This document shows positions 21,001 to 30,039 of a DNA stretch of 64,000 bases, one piece after another. The notes under the pieces were generated by a model, which searched no databases, was not told the DNA's origin, and worked only from the letters and a program-made list of their open reading frames with translations. Location: positions 1,440,001 through 1,504,000 of the forward strand of contig CAWGMQ010000003.1 in the NCBI GenBank assembly GCA_963823665.1. Direction: 5' to 3'. Position 1 is the first letter of the stretch. The number at the start of each line of letters is the position of its first letter. This DNA is from an uncultured Planctomycetota bacterium. Lineage in GTDB: Bacteria > Planctomycetota > Planctomycetia > Isosphaerales > Isosphaeraceae. A program made the translations under genes and the position numbers.

Positions 21001-23418
21001 GTTCCGGTGTCGGAGCTGGAGGCGAGGTTTCCCTTGAGCGAGAACCTCTGGCTCAAGACGACGAGCGAGGGCAGGGTTACTGCGTGCGACACGGCGACGA
21101 TGATTCGCAGCAGCGATCCCTGGGCGGGCCTGGACGAGTTTCACCGGACGATGCTCGACTACATTTCCGGATTCGAGGACGAGCAATCGCGCACGGGGTG
21201 GACCGAGTTCCGGCGATCGATGGAGCATGAGAACGCGCTCGTCGAATCGGTGACGACGGAGCTGGCGGCGGTGGCGACCGATTCGGCGATCTCGCCGATT
21301 GATCCCGGCGGAGACGCGCTCGTGACGGCGTGCCGCACGGTGGGCCAGGCGCTGGGGATCGAGGTTCGCGCGACCCGGACTGGTGGCCCGGATGGAACAG
21401 GGCCGTCGAGCGACCCGCTGGGAGACCTGGCGCGCGCCTCGGGTTTTCACGTGCGGCCGGTGACGCTTCCACCGGACTGGTGGCGCCAGGGCGGAAGCGA
21501 GCCGCTCCTGGGCCGAATGGCGGATTCCGGTGGTGTGCCGGTCGCGCTTGTCCCGGCGAAGGGCCGCGTGCCATGGGCCAAGCCTGTCTACAATCTATAC
21601 GACCACGAGGGCCGGAGGCGGCCCGTCGACCTGCGGCTGGCGGAGAAGCTGGATTCGCGAGCGTGGGCCATTTACCGCACGCTGCCGGATGAGCCGCAGC
21701 GGAAGCTCGACCTGTTTCGGTTCAGCTTGAGTCTGCCGGGACTGGCGCGCGAGCTCTGGATGGTGATCTTGATGGCGCTCGTGGCGGCGATCCTGGGGTT
21801 GTCGATCCCGATCGCGGCGGGAATCCTGGTGGACCAGGTCATTCCGGAGGCCGATCGCGAGGGCCTGGCGGTGATGTGCGTTTTCCTGGTCGTCCTGGCC
21901 TTCTCGGCTGCGGCGTGCCGCGTGATTCAGGGGCTGATGGTGCTGCGCGTGGAAGGGAGGGTGTCGTCGACGATCATCCCGGCCGTCTGGGACCGATTGC
22001 TGCGGCTGCCGACGGGTTTCTTCGCAAGGTTCAGCTCCGGTGATCTGGCGTTTCGCGCGATGGAATTCAGCAAGGTTTTCAAGAAGGTGTCCGGGGCGAC
22101 GGTCACCACCTTGATGATGGGTTTGTTCGCCTTGTTCAATCTGGGCCTGCTTTTCTTCTATAGCTGGAGGATGGCGCTGTGCACCACGTTCCTGGTGGGC
22201 TTGATGCTCGCGGTGACGGGCTTTCTGCTGGCGGGTCTCTTGCGGTACGGGAATTCGATCCACCGGATCGACGGCGTGATCTCGGGGCTATTGCTGGAGC
22301 TGCTGGGTGGAATTGTCACGCTGCGAACGGCGGGTGCGGAACGGCGTGCGTTTTCCCGGTGGGCCAGCCGATATACGGAGCGTCTGGTGCTCTCGATCCA
22401 AGGGAGACGGATTGCGAACCGGTTGCATCAATGGCTGGCGGTCTATCCGATTCTCACAGCGATGTTCGTGTATGTGGGAGCGCTATACCTGGACACGGGG
22501 TTGTTGAAAACAGGGAGTTTCCTGGCGTTTTCGATCGCGTTTGCGAACTTGATGGCTGCGATCCTGGCGGTGGGATATAGCTCGATGGGGCTGCTCGATC
22601 TGCTGCCGACGTTCGAGCGGCTCAGGCCGATACTGGAGGAGCGCCCGGAGTTTGCAGCGGCGGTGATCGAGCCGGTGCGGCTGTACGGGGCGATCTCACT
22701 CAACCACATCTCATTTCGCTATCCGGGCCAGGACCAGGGGACGAAGGTGCTGGACGACGTGAGCCTTCAGGTCCGGCCGGGTGAATTCGTGGCGATTGTC
22801 GGGCCATCGGGGGCGGGAAAATCGACCTTGATGCGGCTGTTGCTCGGGTTCGAGACGCCAGATGCCGGGTCGGTGACCTATGACGGCCGAGAGCTGACGA
22901 CGCTCGACTTGCGGGACGTGCGGCGTCAGATCGGCGTGGTCTTGCAGCAAGCCCAGCTTCTACCCACGGACATCGTGGGCAACATCATCGGGTTTGCGCC
23001 GCTGCTCAACATCGACGACGCGTGGGAGGCCGCGCGGCTGGCGGGCCTGGAGGAAGACATCCGGCGGATGCCAATGGGGATGCATACCCTGGTCGGGGAA
23101 GGCGGAGGAAACCTGTCGAGCGGTCAGCGGCAGCGCTTGCTGATTGCGCGGGCGATCGTGCGGCGGCCGAGGATTCTACTGCTCGACGAAGCGACCAGCG
23201 CACTCGATAACGCCACGCAGGCTATTGTGAGCGACAGCCTGACGAACCAGCTTCGGGGCATCACGCGGGTGGTGATCGCGCACCGGCTCGACGTGGTCGT
23301 GAAGGCCGATCGCATCTACGTGCTGAAGGACAGCCGGATCGTTCAATCCGGGCCGTATCACCAACTGCTGGAGGAGTCAGGACCGTTCCGAGAGCTGGCG
23401 CGGCGGCAGATGCTGTGA
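18100..23418 (+). CDS. fused NHLP-bacteriocin-type exporter: C39 peptidase-TMD-ABC joined to cNMP-like-TMD-ABC
   Basis: RVRTPTVLQMEAAECGAAAL, WNHFLVVEG, VNDPA; Walker A GSSGSGKST and GPSGAGKST; signatures FSGGQRQR and LSSGQRQR; two LDEATSALD. Confidence 0.92.
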   Translation: MADSSPSKWRRVRTPTVLQMEAAECGAAALGIVLEFYGRYIPLDVLRDDCGVSRDGSNAFYIKEAAKRYGLEVKAGRKSAEGIRSWRPPIIAFWQWNHFLVVEGFGHGKVYVNDPASGRRTMGFEEFREGYSGIAFTFEPGPQFVKQGRRPSIFRGLARRLASSRVAIVFVVLAGLALVIPNLVTAAFQRVFMDEILIQGHHNWLRPLLVAMALTAILRVAAAALQQLYLTRFEVKLLLEESLKFLGHVLRLPLVFFQRRYTGDLVARVSSTARVAALLSGELATTAVSLLTLVAYVAVMLPYEPLLAIVGLLISSLNLVALKMFSRWRSDQNRVIEQIRGKLLAGIMGAIQIVESIKATGSESEMLVRWTGDQARMINAEQVLGVYDTLLFVIPPLLASLTTIVVLGLGGHQVMAGGLGIGVLLALQALLAGFNQPFLDLARLGADVQELRADLDRIDDVRNRPIDPVYALAGQITAVSGASEAARAAAARHRLSGHIEFRNVTFGYNRTVEEPLIHDFSFVAIPGQRIALVGSSGSGKSTIGRLAMGLYQPWSGEILYDGHRLAEIPREVFVNSVLLVDSEICLFEGTVRDNLTLWDDFVPMARLTQAGVEAAIHRDLLQRRGGYGAAVSEAGRNFSGGQRQRLQIARAIVREPSLLVLDEATSALDPRTERIVDDNLRRRGCTCLIIAHRLTTIRDCDEIIVLNAGRVVQRGTHDELIADSAGEYARLLAFQVLPGVRHGRFSWRRSRAAQTIVPVESRIEIAGNSAGGHVEPVAVPRVVAGGEQTDSPRFIVEELLPYSQPESTAANRPLSLDDPEAVWWVSSGGVDVFFTQFEPGAPEGNRRHLCRVEEGGSIFAISGVRGRLGSGLVAVGAGPAQLLKFARGDLIRLSFEEGLSEQVAVLVDDWLLRVGRALGRLAGIEGYRELEWDTCTDLDREVRFGVRQGVGWVRQLSGSSWFLDEVPVPVSELEARFPLSENLWLKTTSEGRVTACDTATMIRSSDPWAGLDEFHRTMLDYISGFEDEQSRTGWTEFRRSMEHENALVESVTTELAAVATDSAISPIDPGGDALVTACRTVGQALGIEVRATRTGGPDGTGPSSDPLGDLARASGFHVRPVTLPPDWWRQGGSEPLLGRMADSGGVPVALVPAKGRVPWAKPVYNLYDHEGRRRPVDLRLAEKLDSRAWAIYRTLPDEPQRKLDLFRFSLSLPGLARELWMVILMALVAAILGLSIPIAAGILVDQVIPEADREGLAVMCVFLVVLAFSAAACRVIQGLMVLRVEGRVSSTIIPAVWDRLLRLPTGFFARFSSGDLAFRAMEFSKVFKKVSGATVTTLMMGLFALFNLGLLFFYSWRMALCTTFLVGLMLAVTGFLLAGLLRYGNSIHRIDGVISGLLLELLGGIVTLRTAGAERRAFSRWASRYTERLVLSIQGRRIANRLHQWLAVYPILTAMFVYVGALYLDTGLLKTGSFLAFSIAFANLMAAILAVGYSSMGLLDLLPTFERLRPILEERPEFAAAVIEPVRLYGAISLNHISFRYPGQDQGTKVLDDVSLQVRPGEFVAIVGPSGAGKSTLMRLLLGFETPDAGSVTYDGRELTTLDLRDVRRQIGVVLQQAQLLPTDIVGNIIGFAPLLNIDDAWEAARLAGLEEDIRRMPMGMHTLVGEGGGNLSSGQRQRLLIARAIVRRPRILLLDEATSALDNATQAIVSDSLTNQLRGITRVVIAHRLDVVVKADRIYVLKDSRIVQSGPYHQLLEESGPFRELARRQML

Positions 23419-23432
23419 TGGTTCAAATCGGA

Positions 23433-24281
23433 TCAATGATGATGCTTCTTGGGAACGACTTTGATGAAGAACGGCCTGCTGAGCTTGCTCAAATGACCGA
23501 CATCATCGACGGCCTGGATCCGGAATTCGTGGACGCCGACGGTCTGGGGCACGACGATCTGGACCGTGTAGTCGTTGTCCTTCTTGACCCTTTCGGCGCC
23601 GACGACTTCGCCGTCGGGCGTGACCACGCGGATGAAGGTGTGGAAATGGTAGGTGCCGACCACTCTCGGGCGAGCGAGCGGAGTCTTCATGTGGTTGACG
23701 CCGGCCATGAGTCCGTTGTTCTTCTTGATGCGTGGAACGATCGGCGGCGGCATGGGCCGGCCGATGCCCAGTGCGGTTTGAAGCGTGAGCGAATAATCGT
23801 TGGTGGCCAGGTTCACCGGCATGATGCTGGCGGTATCGACCTGAGAGGTCAGGGTGAACAGGGCCGACTGCAGCCCGTTGATCGAGTCTTGGGGCGTCTT
23901 GGCCGAATGGAGCACCGCGCCGAAGGAGTAATTGAGGCGTTTGATGTCGGACGCCGAGAGCGACTGGTGCGAGACGACGTGGCGAAGCTGGTAGTTGTAG
24001 TTATTGATCGCTTCGGAGGGGGGCTTAGAGATCGAATCGAGCATCGCATAGAGGGAATTCTGGATCTGCTGTATCTCGGCTTTGGGGAGAAAGCGCGGAC
24101 TTTCGTTGATCTTGCCGAGATAGTAAGGCAGGCGCTCGATTCGCAGCGCTTTCTGTTCGTAGGTGATGGGGATGTTGAGGTTCGAGTTGATCTGTGCTCC
24201 GAAGATGTTCGTCAGGTTAAAGGTTTGGAGCGCGCGGTCTTCCAGAGATTCATGAGACGGCCTAAACCGGCGGCGGTCCAT
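23433..24281 (-). CDS. planctomycete extracellular-motif protein with C-terminal Ig-like domain
   Basis: MDRRRFRPSHESLEDRALQT; C-terminal G.HEFRIQAVDDVGHLS. Confidence 0.75.
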   Translation of the reverse strand: MDRRRFRPSHESLEDRALQTFNLTNIFGAQINSNLNIPITYEQKALRIERLPYYLGKINESPRFLPKAEIQQIQNSLYAMLDSISKPPSEAINNYNYQLRHVVSHQSLSASDIKRLNYSFGAVLHSAKTPQDSINGLQSALFTLTSQVDTASIMPVNLATNDYSLTLQTALGIGRPMPPPIVPRIKKNNGLMAGVNHMKTPLARPRVVGTYHFHTFIRVVTPDGEVVGAERVKKDNDYTVQIVVPQTVGVHEFRIQAVDDVGHLSKLSRPFFIKVVPKKHHH

Positions 24282-24607
24282 CGCGCGGATCTCCTTGAGA
24301 GGCGGCATGCTCAGTCCGGCAGACGCGCTGCCCGAGGCGAGCATAAAGGCGAAGAGCGAAGGCTGCCGCAGGGCACTGCGGCCGAGCGAGAGGAGCAGGG
24401 GGATCCTCCCGGCCGGATTCAGCGTGGATCAGGTCGAGAGAGCGACGAGCACCGAGCGAATGCCCGAACAGAAATGCGATTGAGTCCCGTCCGTGGGAAC
24501 GGGGTGTTTTTAGCAGAATCGGACAGGGCTGGCTAGACGGGTTTGGGGCCAGAGAAACCGGGCAAAGGACCAACATCTTTTGTAAGACTTTCATTCGAGG
24601 CGTGTAT

Positions 24608-25162
24608 TCAGTGAGATTCCATTGCCATGCGGAGGTAGGACCTGGGCTCGACGACCGTCAAGCCGAGCTCGGCGGCCAGCGCGAGTACGGCGGATTGGGC
24701 GGCGGGGAGGTGGGCCACCGATGGCGCGAGCGTTTCGATTTCCGCGAAGTCGCCCAAGCCCTCAGCCTGGTCGAGCGCGACTTCGAGGGCATGGCCTGCT
24801 CTGCTGAGCAGATACGATGTGCGCGTCTTGCGAATCGTGGCGACCGGGCGGAACCCGAGGAGCTTGAGCAACTCGAGCAACTGGGCGGCGGCCTGCGGGC
24901 CATCGGCAAAGCGAATCTCGATCTCTTCGCGTGTCTTGGTGGGGCCCGGCCGGCGCGGACCTTTATAGGTGATTCTATTCTCGTCGCCGATCGTGCGAAT
25001 TCGAAACGCCTCGTTGGTCGCGGCGAAGTCGCGCGAGGGGTGGTTCAAGTAGAGATCGACTTGATGGATCGTTGCGGTTCGCGATGCTCCGAGCGCAGTC
25101 AGCCTCTGCTCGAGCACGCTGTGATCAACCGAGCGGTACTTTACTTCCACCTCGTATCCCAT
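24608..25162 (-). CDS. cyaB: CYTH-domain protein (class IV adenylate cyclase family)
   Basis: YEVEVKYR, QVDLYLNHP, FRIR, ITYKGP, REEIE, K.R, GLGDFAEIE. Confidence 0.88.
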   Translation of the reverse strand: MGYEVEVKYRSVDHSVLEQRLTALGASRTATIHQVDLYLNHPSRDFAATNEAFRIRTIGDENRITYKGPRRPGPTKTREEIEIRFADGPQAAAQLLELLKLLGFRPVATIRKTRTSYLLSRAGHALEVALDQAEGLGDFAEIETLAPSVAHLPAAQSAVLALAAELGLTVVEPRSYLRMAMESH

Positions 25163-25522
25163 GGACCTCACGTTAGACAGACCGATCGAGCGGGTCAACG
25201 GGGCGACTACCGCGACTGCTTCGATCGGAATGAGCGTGCATGCAAGTGGGCGTGTTTTCGGTGCAAATCGGGTGTTCGGAGGAGCCTGGACGGTGATGTG
25301 CATGGAAACTGGGCGATGAAGGGGTCGATTTCGGTGAATATTCGTTGTATGGGACGAATAACCGACTGCTTCGGGGGGCTGGAACGAACCCCTGGGCGCC
25401 CGACTGGTCGGGCAAGCTGCGATGGGGCTGAAACTCACACCGGGTTGTTCCGTTCAGAGCAGCCGCATTGCGTTCGTTCCGGCAGGAGTTTTCCCGTGGT
25501 CGCGCCATTGGTCGGGGGGCAT

Positions 25523-27816
25523 GTGGCATCTTGGCTGTTGGGTACGAGTTTGACCGCACAGGGGGCGGTTTTTGCCGCGGTGGGGGACCTACCTGCGGGA
25601 GTTTTCTGGATTGTCGGTCTGGTCTTGTGCGCGATCGCAGCCTGGGAGATCGCAGGCTTGCGGTACATCGCGAACAACCGAGTTGGTGTGGTGGAGAAGC
25701 TGTGGTCCGGGAAGGGTTCCGTGCCCGAAGGTGGGATTATCGCACTGAACGGGGAGGCGGGGTTTCAGGCGGAGCTGTTGCGTGGTGGATTGCACTTCGG
25801 CTACTGGCGATGGCAGTTTCGGATCCACAAGATGCCGCTGGTCTCGATACCGCAGGGCAAGATCGGGTATGTGTATGCCCGCGACGGCGAGGCGCTCATG
25901 CCGAGCCAGACGCTGGGCCAGGTGATAGCTTGCAACAACTTTCAGGATGCTCGCGGATTCTTGGGCGGCGCGCTGAACAGCCCGGACCACGAGCCATTGC
26001 GAGGGCAGCGTGGCCGGCAGCGGTCCATCCTGCGAGAAGGCGTTTATGCGATCAACGTCGCGCTCTTCACGGTGATTTCCGAAGATATGGTTTATCGGCT
26101 GGAAGCCGGGGGCGCGAAGGAGTTGAAGGCGCTCGTGCAGTGGCAGAATGACCTGAGCGAAGTGGACGGATTTGATCCGGTCATCATTGGCGGCCCGATC
26201 GAGGCGCCGGACCCGCTCAATCCCGAGAAGAAGACGATCGTCGACAGCCTGGGTATCGTGACGGTGCACGACGGACCCTCGCTGCCGCCGGGTGAGATCA
26301 TCGCGCCGGCTGTGGGTTGCGACCGCAACGACAAGGACTTCCATAACAACTTCCAGGATCCGGAGTCGTTTCTCCGCGCGGGGGGACGGCGGGGCTTGCA
26401 GTATGTTCCGCTGACCGACGGCACGTACTTCATCAACCGCTGGTTCGCATCGATCGAGTCAATTCCCAAGATGATTGTGCCGATCGGATACGTCGGCGTG
26501 GTGGTGAGCTACTACGGCCGCAGCGGAAATGACGTATCGGGGCAGGCGTTCCGCCACGGCGAGCGCGTCGCGGAAGGGGAACGTGGCGTGCAGGAGAAGC
26601 CGCTCGGGCCGGGGAAGTATGCCTTCAACACGTATGCGGGCAACATCGTGCTGGTGCCGACAACGAACTTCGTGCTCCACTGGGTGACTGGACGGACCGA
26701 GTCGCATCGCTACGACGAAAGTCTGCGTTCGATCGAGATGGTCACCAAAGACGCTTACGAGCCGAGCCTGCCGCTTTCGGTGGTCGTCCACATCGATTAT
26801 CAGAAGGCGCCGAACGTCATTCAGCGGTTCGGAGACGTCAAGAAGCTGATCACGCAGACGCTGGACCCGATGCTCAGCGCGTATTTCCGGGACGTGGCCC
26901 ACAAGCGGACGATGCTCGAGCTGTTGCAAAACCGCGACTCGATCCAGCATGAGGCCAGCGGCGAGCTGGGGCGGAAGTTCGGCAACTTTGACATCGAGTG
27001 CGTGGACGTCTTGATCGGCAAACCGGATACGGAACAGGCTGGAGGTAAGATCGAAACGCTTCTCGAACAGTTGCGATTGCGACAGCTTTCGCTCGAGCAA
27101 GTCGAGACTTACACGAAGCAGGTCGCGGCTGCCCAGACTTTGCGCACACTCAACGAGGCGCAGGCGAAGGCCCAGATGCAAACGCAGCTCTCAAACTCGT
27201 TGGTGCAGATCAAGATTGCGGAGAATGAGGCCGAGGCCCAGCTCGCCCGGGCGCGAAGCAGGCCGAGCAAGTTGTGGTGACCGCCGAGGCCGAGAGCGAG
27301 CAGCGGATTCTGGCCGGGCGCGGCGAGGGTGCGAGAATCTTGCAGGAGGGTTTCTCCGAGGCGTCGGTGTTGCTTCGGAAGATCCAGTCGTTTTCCGACC
27401 CGCGTCTTTATGCATTGTCGATCGTGGCGCAAGGGCTCTCGAAGTGCAACCAGCCGCTTGTGCCGGAGCGAGTGTTCATATCGGGCGGCGGCGGTGCGAC
27501 CGGCGGCCCGAGCGACGGAACCACGAACGTCGGGGCGCTTGCGGGCAACGGCGTGTTCGGGCTCTTGCTCAACATGCTGGTCGCGGAGAAATCCGGGTTC
27601 CAGCTCGTCGATCAGCCGGGCGGCGCGGACTTGCGGGAGTTCACCGAAACGGTCGCCAAGCAGGCGATGGACGCGATCAAGAAGGCGGTGGAGACGAGCC
27701 AGACCGCGGCCCCGCACCGGGGCAACGGATCAACGGGCTCGCCGGCGGCCAAGACCCCTCAAGCACCGGTCTTGACGGTGGCGCGGGAGACCACTCCTCC
27801 GAAGCCGACAACATGA
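25523..27816 (+). CDS. SPFH/band 7/flotillin-like membrane protein (indel ~27260)
   Basis: N-terminal TM, RYIANNRVGVVEKLWS, TKDAYEP.LPLSVVVHID, coiled coil, QPLVPERVF. Confidence 0.85.
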
Positions 27817-27831
27817 AGTACAGAGCAAACC

Positions 27832-27863
27832 GCGTCGGGGGGGCGTTGAGCCCCCCCGGACGC
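27832..27863. terminator. GC hairpin between convergent genes
   Basis: GCGTCGGGGGGGC-GTTGA-GCCCCCCCGGACGC; no clear U-tract. Confidence 0.45.
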
Positions 27864-27870
27864 TCACATT

Positions 27871-28449
27871 TCACCGAGGGAGATGCGGGTACGGCACGGG
27901 AACCGGGAAGGGAATGGGACTGGGCGCGAGAAAGTCTCGGTTGCCGCCGGGTGATCGAATCGAGCCCGGAGCGCGGTTGGCGGTGGTGCTCGTGCTTCCG
28001 CCGCCCAATCCGAAGAACGGCGTGAAATCGGACCTGCGTCCTGGGCGGTAATCAATGCCGGCGAAACTCGCGGCGACGGTCAGCTCGCGATCGATGACCG
28101 ACCCCACCTTGAGCATGTCGGTCTCGCCTTTCTCACGCGTCAGGTCGACATCTCGCACGACGACGTAGTGTCCGGGGTATTTCGCCTGCACGTCCTTCGC
28201 CCACTCATCGACCTTCGCGGTGTATTCTCCCTTCCGAACGTCGTAGATCTGGTACTTGAAGGTGCCGAGCGAGTCATTCTTGCGATACCAAACGGCGACT
28301 TTGAAATCGGCGTGCTGCGCGACGCGCTGGCCGGCTGGACGCGAGCCGGACCGAGCCGCGGCTTCGCCGGGGCCCGCTAATCCCTCCGTTGTGCCAGGAA
28401 CTATGCAGAATGCCAAGAACACCAATGTGTGCAACTGTTTACTCAACAT
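27871..28449 (-). CDS. secreted hypothetical protein
   Basis: Signal-like N-terminus; GGAGG RBS; Pro-rich C-terminus. Confidence 0.7.
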   Translation of the reverse strand: MLSKQLHTLVFLAFCIVPGTTEGLAGPGEAAARSGSRPAGQRVAQHADFKVAVWYRKNDSLGTFKYQIYDVRKGEYTAKVDEWAKDVQAKYPGHYVVVRDVDLTREKGETDMLKVGSVIDRELTVAASFAGIDYRPGRRSDFTPFFGLGGGSTSTTANRAPGSIRSPGGNRDFLAPSPIPFPVPVPYPHLPR

Positions 28450-28676
28450 CGTTACCTCCTCCGGCCTTGGTGGCCTGGGACCTTCAGACCATTATACGCG
28501 GTCCGGGTGCCGACAACCTTTCTTTGCATGTGGCAAGCAAACGTCGATCGGTCGGTCCATTGACTTCACGGCTGGTTCGCAGTCTGATGAACGCAGTGCG
28601 GCGGGTGCCGCAAGTTCCGGGGACGCGGGGAATCCTGGTGCGATTTGACGTTGAGCGCAGAAAGCGAGGATTGGCC

Positions 28677-30025
28677 ATGTCGCAGGGCATCAATCGCCGG
28701 CTGTTTTCCAAGAGCGCTCTCACGGCTGCGGCTGCGGCGAGTGCTGCACCTGAGCGGGTGCTCTTGGCGAACGATCAGGTTCGGCTGGGGTTCATCGGCG
28801 TGGGTAATCGCGGGTGCCAGCTCTTGCGTGGATTCCTGCCGCATGCGGATGCGAAGATCGTTGTCGTCTGCGACGTGTACGAGCCGTATTTGAGCGGTCA
28901 CTACGACCGGCTGGACCCGCGGTTTGCGGGGCTGGGCAAGCGTATCGCACAGATGCCGAAACTGCCCGAGGACGTGGCACGCGTGAAAGACTTCCGCGCG
29001 GTGCTGGACCGGAAAGACGTGGATGCCGTTGTGATTGCCACGCCGGATCACTGGCATGCGATCCAGGCGATCGCGGCTTGCAAAGCCGGCAAGGACGTTT
29101 ATGTCGAGAAGCCGCTCTCGATGACGATCATGGAAGGCCGGGCGATGGTCGAGGCGGCCAGGCGGAACGACCGCGTTGTACAAGTTGGCACGCATCGGCG
29201 GTCCTCACGGATGTATGCACGGCTTGCCGAGCTGGTGCGGTCGGGGGCGATCGGCAAGGTGACGGTGGCGCGTGCATCGTTTTGCAGCAACATGGCGACT
29301 GCGGGAATCGGCCATGCCCCGAATCGGAGCCGCCCGAGGGTCTGGATTGGGACGCTTGGCTGGGGCCCCGGCCGATGCGGGCGTTCCAGGCGACGATCAT
29401 GCCGTACAAGTTCCGCTGGTGGCAGCTCTATTCGTCGCAGATTGCCAACTGGGGGGTGCATTATTTCGACGCAATCCGCTGGCTGACGGGTGAGCTGGCG
29501 CCCGAGTCGGTCTCGGCGCACGGCGGGAGGTTTGCAGTCAAGGACGATCGAACGATTCCGGACACGGCAGAAGTGATTTTTGAGCACTCGTCACGCATGC
29601 TCACCCTTTTCAGTCATCACGAGGCCAACGGGCAGCCGATGCTGGGCCGCCGTGCGGAGATCGAGCTGCAGGGAACGATCGGCACGCTTTACGTGGGGGG
29701 CGACCGCTACGAGGTCGTTCCGGAGCGTGGGGGTGCGTTTCAGGACCCGGCGCCGAAGCGGAAAGAAGAGATCGTCAAAGCGAGCGACGGCGACCTCGAT
29801 CAGCAGGCAGCCCGGGATTTTCTCGACTGCGTCAAGAGCCGGAAACGTCCCAATGCGGATGTTGAAGAGGGGCATCGCTCGACGACGTTCGCCCATCTGG
29901 CGAACATCGCTCTGGCTGTGCGACAGCGTCTGGAGTGGGACGCGCAGGCGGAGCGATTCACCAACAGCGAGCAGGCCAATCAACTGCTGCAATACGAATA
30001 TCGCAAGCCGTGGAGCCTGGCGTGA
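28677..30025 (+). CDS. Tat-exported Gfo/Idh/MocA oxidoreductase (indel ~29330)
   Basis: NRRLF Tat motif, GFIGVGNRG, ATPDHWH, DVYVEKP, NWGVHYFD. Confidence 0.9.
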
Positions 30026-30039
30026 GCCGGAGCGTGGCC

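Noticed and set aside
6242..23418. RaxST/RaxB-like sulfated-peptide export system linking the sulfotransferase and the C39 exporter
   Set aside because: About 10 kb apart, opposite strands, unrelated genes between, and no adaptor or Tyr-containing precursor identified
24602..25522. N-terminal 300 aa of ORF 24602..27280
   Set aside because: Overlaps the CYTH gene antisense; SPFH-like sequence starts only near 25523
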